Of a DNA stretch of 64,000 nt, positions 14,201 to 34,299 are shown in pieces. The position numbers were made by a program, and so were the translations under genes. The DNA is from Raillietiella orientalis (lineage: Eukaryota): assembly GCA_036172245.1 (NCBI GenBank), contig JAYWIR010000030.1:248001-312000 (forward strand), given 5' to 3'. Within the stretch, counting starts at the first letter, position 1. The number at the start of each line of letters is the position of its first letter. The notes beneath the pieces are model-generated. The model saw only the letters and a list, made by a program, of their open reading frames with translations. It made no database searches and was not told where the DNA came from.

Positions 14201-16378
14201 GGGAGCGGATGGCCGACACCCCCGCCGCGAGAGGGGGACGGCCCGGGAATTCACTCTCCAGGGAATGTCTTCTGCACCCACCGCGGGGGGAGCGAAGGGC
14301 CGTCTCACCGGGCCCGCTGAGCGCCGGTCGGGGAGGCCTCTCGCTCTGCTGGTCCTGCGCGGGGAGAGCGAATGGGGGGGCCCAGAGGCCCCTTCCTCCA
14401 CCGCCCCTCTCCTCTGATGAGTGCGGAGGAGGGGACCGGAAGGGAATGGGAGGGGTGCAGGTTGCCTCGACCACGTTACCTCATGGACAGCTGCTGGGGC
14501 CCTATCAAGGACGCTCGCTGGCGGGATCTTTCCCGAGTGCTCCGGAAGGATCCCTCGCTCGATCCCGTTCGAGAGCTTCGAGGACGGGCTGGACTCTGCT
14601 CGCGAGGACGGGCCAGCGGGTGCGGAGGGGTCTCTGGACCCATGATCCGTCCCTTGCGGCCGCGTCGGGATGAGGAGGGAGGGAGGAAGACCCCGTCCAA
14701 GTCGACAGGGGGATCGCTCGGCTCCGGGAGCTATTCCCCTCCCCTCCCCTCCCCTTCCTCCACCCGTCCCTTCTGGAAGCATCAGTGCGCTGCTGTGCGC
14801 AGTTGTCGGGAGGTCCGGGCATGCCGGCGTGGGTCCGTGCCCCTTCCTCTCCCCGCTCTTACGAAATTCATCCGCGATAGGGAGCGTTGAAACAGCCGCC
14901 GAGGGGAGGAGGGAGAGGCACCGAGCGGAGTGCCCTTCTACCCCTCCAGGCGAGAGCGAAGTGCGATCGGGTGACCAGCTGGACTTGGAAGAGGGTTACG
15001 CCTGCACTTCCTCCTCCCTTTCCTGGAGTAGCGGCAGACGATGGGGGGGGGGGGGAATCTCCTCAAAGAGGGTTTCCCTTCTGTCCATCCCTGTTCCCCC
15101 TTCTACTTCGCTGCGCCTGGAAGGCCCCTGGGGTTGCCAGCGTCTGCTCACAGCCACCGCCGCCTTCTGGGGTGACGTGGGCGCCACCCTTTGAGTGGGG
15201 AAGAAAAGACGGTTGGGATCCCCCATGGCCGCCTCACCCCACCCCGCTTTGCATGGACTGCGGAGCCGTCGCTGGAGGGGATCGGGTGAGGGGTGAGGTG
15301 GCTGCAGTGTACCTGCTTGCTTCACCCTCTATCCCCTCTTGCAGAACGTCAGCTCCCAGAGCCTACTGAAGCACCCGACAGTCTACCTGACGCCCACGAA
15401 GAGCTCTTACTCGACGCGCGTGGTCCTGTCCAGGGCGGACGTCAGGATGGAGCTGGGGAACGCGAGATCGGGTGAGAACGCCCTCCCCCGCACCCCTGGA
15501 AGGCCCCCTCCTTGCCTTGCCCCTTCCAGTCTACCCCCTCCCTCCAACGCCCCCGTCCTCCTGCACCAGCGACTGCGAAGGTAACCAGTCGCCCCTGCGT
15601 GCGCCCGGCTCCCCGGACGACTGCCGGAGGACCCCCAAGCTGCTGTGCGCCCCCGCAGGCGGGGGCGGCCGCCAGCTCATCTCGACGCCTCTGATCAGCA
15701 GCCAGCCGGTACGCGGGCGGGGGAGGGGCGGGCCTCTCGCCTCCCGGGGCGGGCAGCTGAGGCCGGTCCTCCTCCCGCAGAGAGGGGCCACCGGCGTCCT
15801 CGTCCTGACCGAGGAGGAGAAGAGGACCCTCATCGCCGAGGGGTACCCGGTGCCCACGAAGCTCCCGCTGACCAAGGCGGAGGAGAGGTCCCTTAAGAAG
15901 ATCCGCAGGAAGATCAAGAACAAGGTGCGTGAGCGCGCGGCCCCTGCCGGCAAGGCCCCCCCGGGCTGCCCTCGCAGATCTCTGCCCAGGAGAGCCGTCG
16001 CAAGAAGAAGGAGTACATGGATCACCTGGAGCGGAAGGTGGAGCTGCTGGTCAGCGAGAACGTGGAGTACCGCAAACAACTGACCCTCCTGGAGGCCGCC
16101 AACGCCTCCCTGCAGCACCAGCTGCAGCAACTGTACGAGGAGCGCAAGGTGAGCGCGGTGAATATCCGTCCACCCCCGGGCCGTGGTGGGGCCGGCAGGC
16201 AGTAAGGCGAGAGACTCCATGCCGCTGCCTGCCTGTCGCTAGGCCTCGCCCTCCCCTCCCCCCTCGGCCGGTGGGAGAGAGGACGGCGCGCCCACCCACC
16301 CCTCCCACTCGCGCTCGCAGTGATGCCTCGTTGTGCTTCTTCCAGAAAGCAGCAGCGACCTCAGTGGAGGACCACTGA
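7683..16378 (+). CDS. CrebA: CREB3L1/CREB3L2-class bZIP transcription factor (CrebA-like), 8 exons, ~361 aa, no transmembrane tail
   Basis: Phase-consistent GT-AG exons 7683-7739, 9665-9890, 13993-14141, 15345-15471, 15530-15708, 15781-15924, 15978-16148, 16346-16378 (1086 nt). Family motifs: [93 protein letters not shown] plus leucine zipper. First and last exons are the least certain. Confidence 0.92.
10624..10674. repeat. Compound (CT)n(GT)n microsatellite
   Basis: Directly visible, within bZIP intron 2. Confidence 0.95.
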
Positions 16379-16788
16379 CAGCCCCCGACCGACGCCACAC
16401 GATTCCTTCCCACCCCCCCTTCCCTCCCCTGGGGGAGGTGGGTTGCGCGCCTGCGCCCCCCTCCCCAAATCGGTGCGCGCGCGCACCTCCTCCCCTCCAC
16501 CAGCGTCCTTTTCCCGAGGGAAGCACCGCATAGCAGACTGGATCGAAGACAGACCACCTTCGCGACGGCGGGAGAGGAGGGGGTGGAGGGGTGGAGATGG
16601 GTTGGCAGGGGGAACGCGCGTGTGGGTGTGTGCGTTTTTTTTTTTTTTTTTTGTCCCCGTCGCGTGTTTTCCCTGCGACATGCGGACGAGGCCGCGTGCG
16701 CAGATCTGCGCGTCCCGACATCCAGCCGGGAAGAGCCCCACCCCACCCCCTCTCACTGGGAGACGACCCCTGCCCCTTCCTTCCCGGG

Positions 16789-16794
16789 AATAAA
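16789..16794 (+). terminator. Probable proximal polyadenylation signal of the bZIP gene
   Basis: AATAAA ~410 nt after the stop in otherwise GC-rich DNA, followed by a T-rich tract. Confidence 0.5.
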
Positions 16795-19700
16795 TCGTTC
16801 CTCGTTCCTTTTCTGCTGCTGTGAGTTTTCTTCCTTTCCCCTTCCTCCCCCCTCCCATCTTCCTCCGGGGTGGGAGAGGTGCCCCTGCCTACCGGATGTT
16901 GCTGCTTCGACGACGATGGCGACTGCGGGAGGAGCCCGACCGCCCCACGGAGGGCGCGCAAGTCGTTCTAGGCGGTTACGGAGGACCTGACCCGACCTCT
17001 CCCTCCCGCGGACTCCGCGGTGGACGCCACGCGTCTCGGGGAAGACCTCTCGCTGCCCTACGCCCACTGAGGCCCGGTCACCTCCTAGGACGGAGCGGCA
17101 TGGAGGAGGAAGGGGGGAGCCCCCCCATTCCCCGCGGTGAGAGGCAGCTGCTCCGGCGCAGCTCTCTGGAAACAAGAGGTGGTGAGGAGGGGAAGTTGAG
17201 AAAAACAAAAACGAATGGTGGAACCGGGGGAGAAGGCCATAGCTGTTCCTCGCACTCTTTCAAGATGCCGCCGCCTGCCCACACGCGAGGCTCGCGATTT
17301 GGTTCGGGGAACGACCGCTAGGAGCGCCCTTTCCTCGCCAGCGAAAGAAGGCGCTCCTGGCTCCATCTTTCTCTCCCCACCTCACCCCCATCAGGGGAAT
17401 GGGCGAAGGAACGAGCTGGCTGGCCACATCCGCCGCTGGTTGACCTCAGCCGCATGACCGCTTGTCGCGGCGGGGAGTCGAAAGCCCTTCGGCAAAGGTC
17501 AAGTCGAGGGAGCGAGGGGGAGGGGTGGATCTCTGCCATCGGAAACTCGAAGCAACGGTCCCTAGTGGCGGGGGAGACGGAAAGCCCGTGGGAAAGGGGG
17601 GTCCCTTCTCTCGTTCCTCCCCTTTCCCTTCGCCGTTTGAGGGCGATGGCGATGAGGCGTCAGCAGGGCATCCCCCGTCGCGTCCTCGTCCTTGGAAAGG
17701 GGGTCGGTGAGCAACAGGCGGCTGCAGAAGGGGGGGGGGGAAGCCTCAGAGCATCATTCTCCTGGTGGGTCAGGCCGCCGCTTCTGGGAGACCGCGGGTC
17801 GCCTTGGTGTCGCCTTCCGGTCCCCCTCCCCCTCTCCGCGGTGCCGCCGCCCTGCCCGCCGTGGCTCCAGAGAGTAGCAGGTGCGCGCCGGAGGGCGGAC
17901 GCTGCGTTGCCAGATTTCGCGCGCGCGCGCGCCAGAATTCCGCGAGGGCGTTCCCCCCGCTCTGCTCTTCCGCTTCGGCGGTGTCTCGCGCGAGGAATCC
18001 CCTGGGCGGGGCAGGGAGGGCGGGCTGCGGTCCCTCCACAGCGCTCCTCGTCTGCCCTGGTTGGCGCCGTCCGGTCCGCGCTGCCGATGGCCCTCCTGCG
18101 GAGGGGTGCCACTCGCCTCCGGGGGCCTCGTTTCTCTCCCGTCTCGCCTTCTCTCCGGGGGTGGCTCTCTGTCTCTGGAGGGCCTAGGGGGAAGGCCCCC
18201 CTTGCGCGGTCCCTCCTCGCCCGGTGCGGCATCTCCCGGCCGCGCCCGCGACTGGGGGCGTGGGGGAGAAAAAGGGAGCAGGCGTTTACCTCGGACGCCC
18301 TGATGGCTCTGGGAAGGGGGAAGGAAGGGTTGAGATGGCAGGAGCCCGTCTGTCTTTCCTCCTCCCGTGCCAGGGGAGGGGCCGCCTTCCCTTTGATCTC
18401 CAGGGAAGGAGCAGCTCTCGGGGTATCCGACGCGACTGGCCTCGCTGCCGAAGGCGACGTCCCCGCGCCGGTGCCCCGGGTGGGGGGCACCGAGCTGCCC
18501 CACTGCCGGAGGGGTCGCGTGCGGGGGCGTGTCCTCAAAGAAGGCCCCGCCCCCTCACCTACTGAGAGTGCGCTCCCACGGACCCGCGCAGCTGTTCGCG
18601 GAGAAGGAAAAAAAAGGGGGGCGGCGACGGCACCAGCCGGACCCACTGGTACGGCCGGAGGGCGCGACGGTGCCCCGCAGCCTCGGACGGGAGGCCACGC
18701 TGAGGCCCCCGGCCAGCCGCTCTTCGCTTCGGTGGCGACAGTCGGGGCTCGAGGTCGCAGCTCGCGCCGTCAGCGGCGGCGCCGTGACCGGAGGCAAGCA
18801 CCCGACGTCTGGTGGGGTGCCCCCGGAGCGGATGTCTCCGGCTTCCTCGTTCGTCCCAGGCGGCTTCCAGGCGAAACGCCTGAGGGCGAGGGGGAGGGGG
18901 GCGGGCGCGCATCCCTGCCTTTCGTGCGTGTCTCTCCCGGCGATTCGAGGTGACCGGCGGAGGCCCGGCGGCGCCAACTTCCGACCGCCTTGCGTGGTAC
19001 AGCGACTCGCGCGTGCGCGTGAGAGAGGAGGATGAGGACTGCACCCGCAGCGGTGCTCGCCATCCCGTGCGGTGCCAACCCTGCTCGGCCCCGCCCCCCT
19101 GCGTGAGACGAGAGATGTGCGTGTGGTGGAGGATATCGCACCACGCCCCCCACTTCCCTTAGGAAGGTGCTCCCGGTGGACTCACTCCCCATAGCAGGCT
19201 TGCCCCTCGTGCGCCCGTCAGGGGTGACGTGGAACCGCCCGCTTTTCCACTCCCCCAGTCCACGCGACTTTCTCCAGCGGAGCGCGGGGCAGTTGCCCAG
19301 CGCCATTGCGAGGAGGACGCGGGCGAGGGCTCCGGGTCGGCAACTCGCCTCGCCTAGCGCAGCTCGCGGATCGCACCCGGTCGGCCAGTCCCGTCCACGC
19401 GATTCCGGTTCTTCCCACCTCAGGGAAAGCGGCCACGCTTATCACAGTGTGGTTCCTGCAGGCGGTCACGTGCGCTGAGGTCTTGCCTCTCCGCGCGCGC
19501 TCACAGCCCGCTTCGCAGGTAGACCAGGATGCCCTGAGGGCGCCCATTGCGAAGCGACCCGCCCTCCTGCCCTTCGCGCGCCTGCGCGCTCTCCGGCCCG
19601 TCTCCGCCCAGCACAGGCGGCTCTGACAATTGGTTCGGGAGACGAACCGGGAGTCTGGAGCGGACGGGACGCCGGCGGCCGCCTCCCGAAAGGAGTGAGG

Positions 19701-21257
19701 AAGCGGCGAAGGCTCTCGAGCTGCTTCGTCCTCCCGCCCTCCCCTTCCGCGACTGTAGGGCACGACGGATCGCCTGCGAGCGTTTGGAGGCAACGCTTGC
19801 GCGCCCCCGCGCCACGCGGTCGCCGTTCCTGGAACGCAGGAATCCAAGGAAGCAGGAAACGTTTCGGGCGGGCGCATTCCTCTGGCGAGGCGAAACGCCC
19901 GCTGAGCGGCCGCGAGCGGGCAGCCCCGCGACAAGCGGCCGCTCGCAGTCTCTCCTCGCGAGCCGCCGGGCGATCGTGAAACGCTCCACGCGCTCCATCT
20001 GTGGACATTCACAGAAACTGTTGAGCTGGCCCGTCGCGCTGCTCGAGGAACGGAACCGTACCCGTTACGCTGGACACACACGCACGCACACATCTTAGCG
20101 GAATTCTCCTCCACCTCTCTCTCTCTCTTCGGCTGCTGCTTCTCCTCCGCAAGGCGAACCCGAATGAGAGGTGTGAGCGCGAGCTGGTTTGTCCAGTAGC
20201 TCCTCGACGGGTTGTCTTGCCGGCAGGGTCGCTCTCTACGCTGAGGGACGGCTAGCGTGCAAGGAAGCCAGGAGGAAAGCAGAAATGACGCTTTGGTGAA
20301 ACGCAAGTCCATCTCCAATTTTTCACGCAGGAAGGGGATTCCAGTAAACAGATCGCTGCCTCGCGTTTCCGCGTGCACCTCGAGCACCGCTCCGTGGCGC
20401 CCACCCGTTCCGTGCACGCGGGGTTGTCCGCACAAACAGGGGATCGCTCCAGCCGCTCCGTCCCGCCCGATCCCGAATCCTCGCAGGACCCTTTGGTCGC
20501 GCCCCTGGCGGTTCGGTAAGCCCCGTTCAGGACCGCGAGGCTGCCTTCCGCAAGTATGGCCCGAGCGACACCGGGTGATCCCGGCGGGCGAACAGCCAGA
20601 TTCCGAGAAGGGGGACCCTCCCGTCTCCCGAGTTTCCTCGGAGCCACACGCCCTGAGCTTTCCCGCTGCTTGAGTGCCCTGGGAGAGAGATGCTCCGGAT
20701 TCCAGCACAGGTGCTGCAGGTATCCACGGGGAAGCTTCCAGTGGCGCGTCGACGGGACTCCGTCACGCGCCCTGGGTTTGTAAAGCGGCGTGGGAATCCA
20801 CTACTTGCCGCGTATCTCGCGGAGCCTGGAAGCGAGCCATCCGTGAAAAGGGATCGGTCACTCTCCAGAGCAAATGCGGCGAGCGCCCTGTCGGCCAAGA
20901 ACATCCTTCCCAGGAGCGGAAGAACTCGGGGATCGCACGCACGAGGGAGCGAAGCCCAGGACTCCCGAAAAGGTGCAGGAAACAGCGGCATCGGCGCATC
21001 CTTCCCCTTCCCTCGCTCCCCCAACAGACTGAGATTCTCCTTGAAGACAGTGCTTAGACAGTGCGCGGCGTGCTGTTCCCGGGATTCTCCCTCGCGATTC
21101 CAGGCTGGCGCCACGCGAGAAAGCGAAACTCGCGCGCCAGCGGGCCGGTCCTTGCGAATGCTGCCGCTCCGCGAAACGCCTGAATCTTCACCAGGCCCTC
21201 TTGGTAAGGCTTCCAGGTGCGATCGAGTGGGAACAATCATCCAGGAAGACGTGGAAC

Positions 21258-21302
21258 GGCGGCGGCGACGACGACGACGACAACGACAACAACAACAACA
21301 AA
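21258..21302. repeat. Compound trinucleotide repeat (GGC)n(GAC)n(AAC)n
   Basis: Directly visible. Confidence 0.9.
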
Positions 21303-24185
21303 CACCGAACAAGTGTTCGGGCAGCTCGTGCGACGTTTTCTCCTTTGCGCACAAAAACACGAAAGAGTCGATCTCGCCGATCAGAGAAGGAAGGAAATAA
21401 ATAAATAAGAAGGCGGCTCTCTGTAATCCTGCTTGCAAGATTATAAATAAAAATTGACTATTTATGCACGACGGCAGCGACCACTCCCTGGCCACTTCCT
21501 CCACTCCCGGGGTCCGCCAGAAGCCGGCACCCTCGCACGCACCCCTTCCCCCCCCCCCCCCTCTCTGGTTTTCAGTCAAGAAAAAAATTCACGATAACCC
21601 CGAAAATTCGTGCGCCCTGCTGCTGACGTCTTGGTCCGCTCACGATGCGGCATCACCACAGCATCCGGAAAGAAGTACCTTTCGCCGCCGCCGGGCTGCC
21701 CGCGCGGACGTGCGCGTTCGCAGGTGCAACGGTTTCCAGTGAAGCTGCTGGGAGCCACTCGCGGATCGCCATGGCGACCGCGTATCACCTACCACCTACC
21801 ACCTAGAATCCCGTAATGATTCTTGCATCGCGCTTTTATTGCATTACAGACACTTCCTAATGGGAAGATTCCGTCCGTTACGAAAGATGCTCCTCCGTGG
21901 TTGCCCTGACGGCCAGCAGAAAGTATCTTTTCCGTTACGGCAATCACGTTGCGTTTCCGAGTGCCGTTTCAACACACGGCTGGCAGACATTCTTTGTAAT
22001 CTTTTTCTGTTTGCTGCTGACGGGAGGAGAAAGATGGGCTTAATTGGATGCGAGGCTCGCTCGCGCTGGAGATTGTGATTTCGGTCCCGAGGGCCGTGGT
22101 CAGCCTGAAAGACAAGCCGTGCTGACCACGGCTCTCTCTCGGAAGCGAGCTGCCGGTGCGGGTTCGGCATGCGCCTCCGAAATGGGGGGGGATAAAGAGG
22201 AAACGAGTCCTGCTGCCCTTCGAGTTCAGCTTGGTCCAGATTAAACTCATCTGCATGATGCAAGCAGTTTTGGTTTTTTTTTTTTTTTTGTTTTTTTTCC
22301 CCCGCAGCGGGAAGGACGCCGAGGATTTTCCAAGTGGTTCCTGCCCCCCCCCCCTCCCCTCCCCTCCCCTCCCCGGTTTTACAGCGAGCTGTATCGTTCG
22401 CTGCTGACTGCATGGCCTTTAAACAATTTCTGCCTGCATGTACACGTAAGCCAGTCATTTCATGTTTTTTTTCTTTCTTTCCTTCTTTTTTTTTTTTTTT
22501 TTTAAAAAAAAAGCAGCCTGAATAGCAGATTGCTTGCTGCCTACAGAACCTCGGCGTAGGGCGTGGGGGGGGGGGAGAAAAGAAACGAAAGGCAAATCAA
22601 CAACGCAGCCTTGCAACGAGACCATAAAGGTTCCTCACCAAAAGACCAGCGTGGAAAAAAAGGGGGGGAGGGGAGGGGGGGAGCGCAAGCAGTCACAAAG
22701 CTGTAACACTTAGAAAAATGCACCTTACATATTTGGAAATGAGTTTTTAATGATGAACACGCGACTGTAAACGACGGGGGGTGGGGGGGGGGGAAGAAAG
22801 GAAAGAAACGAAAAGAAATGGCCCAATAATTTATGAATGCTTAGCTGACCTCAGCTTCCTTAACCGAAACGAGCGCGCTTACGATCTCAGGACATCCCCG
22901 AGCGCGTGCACGTACTTTTCAGAAACATCGCTGGAGGTTTACGATTAAATCTTTAAGAAGCTTTTGCAATTTCAACATATCCTTCGAAGCATTTGGCACA
23001 TCTTATCTGCTCATCGCGGATACAGCAGCATGGATTGACGGAGCCCATGCCACAAACCAGATGGAGCGGTTTGGGTGCCGCGTCGCCATGGCAGCCGCAT
23101 CGCCGTTCGTGGTATCCACGCCAGCAATGAGTTCCATATTGAATTTCGCTTAAGAGGAAAGGGGGGAGGGGGGAAGAGGAAAAAAGCACACACACACACA
23201 CACACAAAAAAAAAGAAAAAAGAAAAGAAAGGAGCGCCTGTTGCTCAATAGCAGCTTTCAATTATTCACCGGATTGTACGCAGCTTCACGTATCTGCGTA
23301 CTAAAAGAGGCGAGAGATCAAATATCGGAATTTCACAAGAGCAATGATACCGGCGGGCATGGAACCGCACGAAGAGGAGAACACCAAACAGGAGAAGAAG
23401 AAGAAAAAAAAAAAAAAACAGCAAAACAACACGGAGATAAGGATTCGGGAGTGATTTGGAACACGTACTTCGACGACCTGGGCGACAGCAGCGCGCGCTT
23501 TGAGGGAGCGGGCACGGCCCGAACGAAGGCTTCCTTAAAAAAATCGGAGGGTAAACAAGCAAATCCAACTACATCGGCGTGTGCACACGGAGGATGGCAG
23601 GTGTACGGGGGGCGTCACCCGCGAAAGAGTGCAGCGTACGCTCCCTCCAAAGTCCACCTACTACTACGTTTACGAGTGGTGCGAGCCACCGCGCGCGCTC
23701 GTGTTCCCGGGGAAAGCTGATGACGCAACTCGACACCGGACGTGACCTGCTACCTACCCTCCACCACTCCCTCGGAAAAAAAAAAAAGGAAAAAAAACGC
23801 TCGAAGCCTCAAAGGAAATTCACAAGTACTACGAGCGAGTACCGGCGCACTCTTCACAACCGCGCGCGGCCAGCGGACCACGAGGTCCCCCCTCCCCCCC
23901 CGCATACACTTTGTTCCCTTCCGAGAGCTTCTCGCAGGGAACTGCGCTCGGAAAGCCCACGGGGAACGACGGGGTCACTTCTTCGCCAACCAAACCGCTC
24001 CCGCGCTCCACATCGACCCACCCGCCCCCCACTTGGAAACGGAAATCCTCCTCCTCCACGGTCGCCGACTTCCAAAACACGAAACACTCAATCCACATGT
24101 ACTACAAAAAGAATCAATCTTTGTTTTAATAAAAATAACTAGCAAGCAATTTTGTTTTAATAAATTACATACACAAATCACATCA

Positions 24186-31634
<7,449 letters not shown>

Positions 31635-32065
31635 TTTGCTTTAAATACTTCCATTCACAATAGCCATGCAAAGTTTTCCACACGTTACATGCAGCTCGCT
31701 TATCTCAGTCAAAGTACAACGTAATCTTTCGCGCATTAAAATAGTACTGCCGGACAATTACACAAAATAAAACCATTAACACTACTTATAAGTAATTAGA
31801 ACGCAGGCTTTGCCATAAATCGAAAATCCAAACAAGTACTGCATGGACATTTGAATATAACTAAAAATAAGAACTCCGGCGTAGGAACACAATAAAGCTT
31901 CACAAAGCGCAACGCAGAAACTTGCTAAAGGGGAATGACGGATTTCGTTACTCTTGCAGTTCACAAGACGCTCATTTGTTCGTAGCACGAAGGAAGTCAT
32001 TTGCAAGGATGTTTGGAAACACACACACAAAAAAAAAAGAAAAACAGAACTGAATCACTCTGTAA

Positions 32066-33197
32066 CTAACTAATCTTTATTTTGTTTAAAAAATATTCTA
32101 TTCGTTCAGTTTGTTTCTTCGTTCGCCCAGATTCGACTTGCGGAGACTTTGCTTCCCTGTTATGACTCATGAAAATGCTTTTCAAAGACTAAGGATATTT
32201 CATCTTAAAACAAGTTCAACCAATCAAACGTACCGTAAGATAATGGCATTCATTCTGATAATGAAATATTGCTATCAGAAAATCCCAAATACTAAAATCT
32301 GGCCACAGTGCTTCTGCAAAGTATATGCTGGAAAATCCAGTCTGGAAGAATTTAATTAGAAAATCTCTGCAGTAATTTTTCTTTTACCTGCCAAGTCAAA
32401 AAATCACTAAGGCGAACTTCGCCTGAAGTACGTATCAATAAATCTGGAAATGAAACATAAGATGTATACAAACAGTTCTCTATGAGTTGTTCAGATATAT
32501 CTTCTGGCATTAATATGCCTGCTTTAACAGCCTCAACTATGGTTTGTGCAGCATGTGTCATTTCATCTCTAGCTAACAGATCCAAGAGACATTCACATCA
32601 AACATCCAACACCAAAATTTACCTGTGTATGCAAAAGCTACATTAAGTCTGCAAGCTGTATAATTATGTGTAATACTCATGACCTCTTTGAGAAGACATT
32701 GTAGTTCCTCTGACAAGAGAGAGAGGTTTCCAATTATTTTGATACAAAGTTGATATTTTTCTAATTTGTCCCTTGAATATCATGAAATGAATGACATAAG
32801 CATGTCAAAAGCACCAGACCTCTCATCAAGCAAAAGCTTGAACTTTTCAGTTGCTAAATTCATCAAATCATTTACTTCCTCTCTGCTTCTCTTAAAATTC
32901 TCAATACTGAACGCATAAACAGTAACCTCTTGAATGCCTAATTTCTGGCACCAATTTAATGTTTCTGCTAGTTTCTCAAATCTGCAGGTAATTATAGCAA
33001 GATAAAAAAAAAAAAAAAATGAAGTAATCTATTTACCCTAAGCAATGTCCTTTTATTTTCTCCACATCATGAGACACTGCAAATCTACGATTACCATCCA
33101 TAATGAAAGCAACATGCTCAGGTATTGGGCCTGCTTTCAATATATTCATGCATAACTGCTGAATCCAATTTAACTTTTTTTCATTAAACCATGACAT
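32066..33197 (-). CDS. DHDDS: Dehydrodolichyl diphosphate synthase (cis-prenyltransferase), 6 exons, ~295 aa
   Basis: Exons 33197-33037, 32981-32820, 32771-32623, 32572-32388, 32341-32234, 32188-32066 (888 nt). Motifs: [67 protein letters not shown]. Confidence 0.96.
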
Positions 33198-34299
33198 TGG
33201 GTATGAAACACATAGGATTACAATAAATACTGAAGACTATACTTCCTTTGCATGTCTTGAAGAGTTGCAATGCAAATATCTGGATTCAAGGTTTCTATTT
33301 GCAAACGAGATGTTTAAAAAAAATGGTGATCTACCTAATGGAATTTAGAATTTGCATCATTTGAACCTATATATAAGCACTAACTTTTTTTTTTTGAAAC
33401 ATGTCTTTGCAATTCTATTTAAAAACCGACTAAAGCATTTATACACATTTTCTTACACAAGTTTTTTTCAAATTTTGTCAATGTAATGTGTGCCACGTGT
33501 GAGATGAAACCACAAGACGATTTGTTTTTTATCCATAGGTAGCATACATACACATAGTGTAACTCAAGTATGGATTCTCAATTCAGCATTACAAAAGTAA
33601 TGTACTCAATTTTTGCGATTCTCGCGGGAATTCAATTCCTTGCAAGGTGATAATTCCATACATTCCTGTATTAAGAATAACTAGATTTGATGGAATTATG
33701 GCAATTCGTGGTGCATTACCGCAAATCACATGTTGCAACTTTTCCAGAAATCCAACGTTAGATACTAAAATGAAGCATTTACACGGTGGAAGCCCAGCCC
33801 GTATGAGTACATCAAGTTTTATGAACTCCCCACGGTAAAATTAATGGTTTTATTCAATAATACGTGCTGAAAAGATATCAGTCGTTTCAACTATATGTTC
33901 AGCTTCCAGAACGTTCAGCTCATCGAGGTTCTTTTGTAAAAAGTCTCGGAAGAGAAAGGCACAACAAATTTGAATCCCGTGCTTCTTTTTGGAGTAGAGA
34001 AAAATAACGAGAGAGAAAAAACACTTTTTTCCTCTTTGGAATCATTGCCATTGCTGTGCTCTTGAGTGAATATGCACATCTTTAAAGAAGGAACGTATGA
34101 GGTTAGAACTTTCGATGAAAAATCCCTTTTGAAAGTGCAAAAAGGAGGTTGAGAAAAGTCTTGGAGGAGATTACAAATGTGCACGTGTTGGGAAAATAAG
34201 AGTGAAAAAAAGATCTTATTCACTATTAATTTTTCGGAGGTGTCGCAATGCAAAAGTGAGTTTATAAAAGATTGAGAGCAATGCATTTTGGGTAAGTGG

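Noticed and set aside
17454..20708. Long ORFs of 499 aa (+, 17454-18953) and 496 aa (-, 19218-20708)
   Set aside because: Non-ATG or weak starts, R/P/G/A-rich composition, overlapping open frames on both strands and no domain motifs; expected in very GC-rich DNA.
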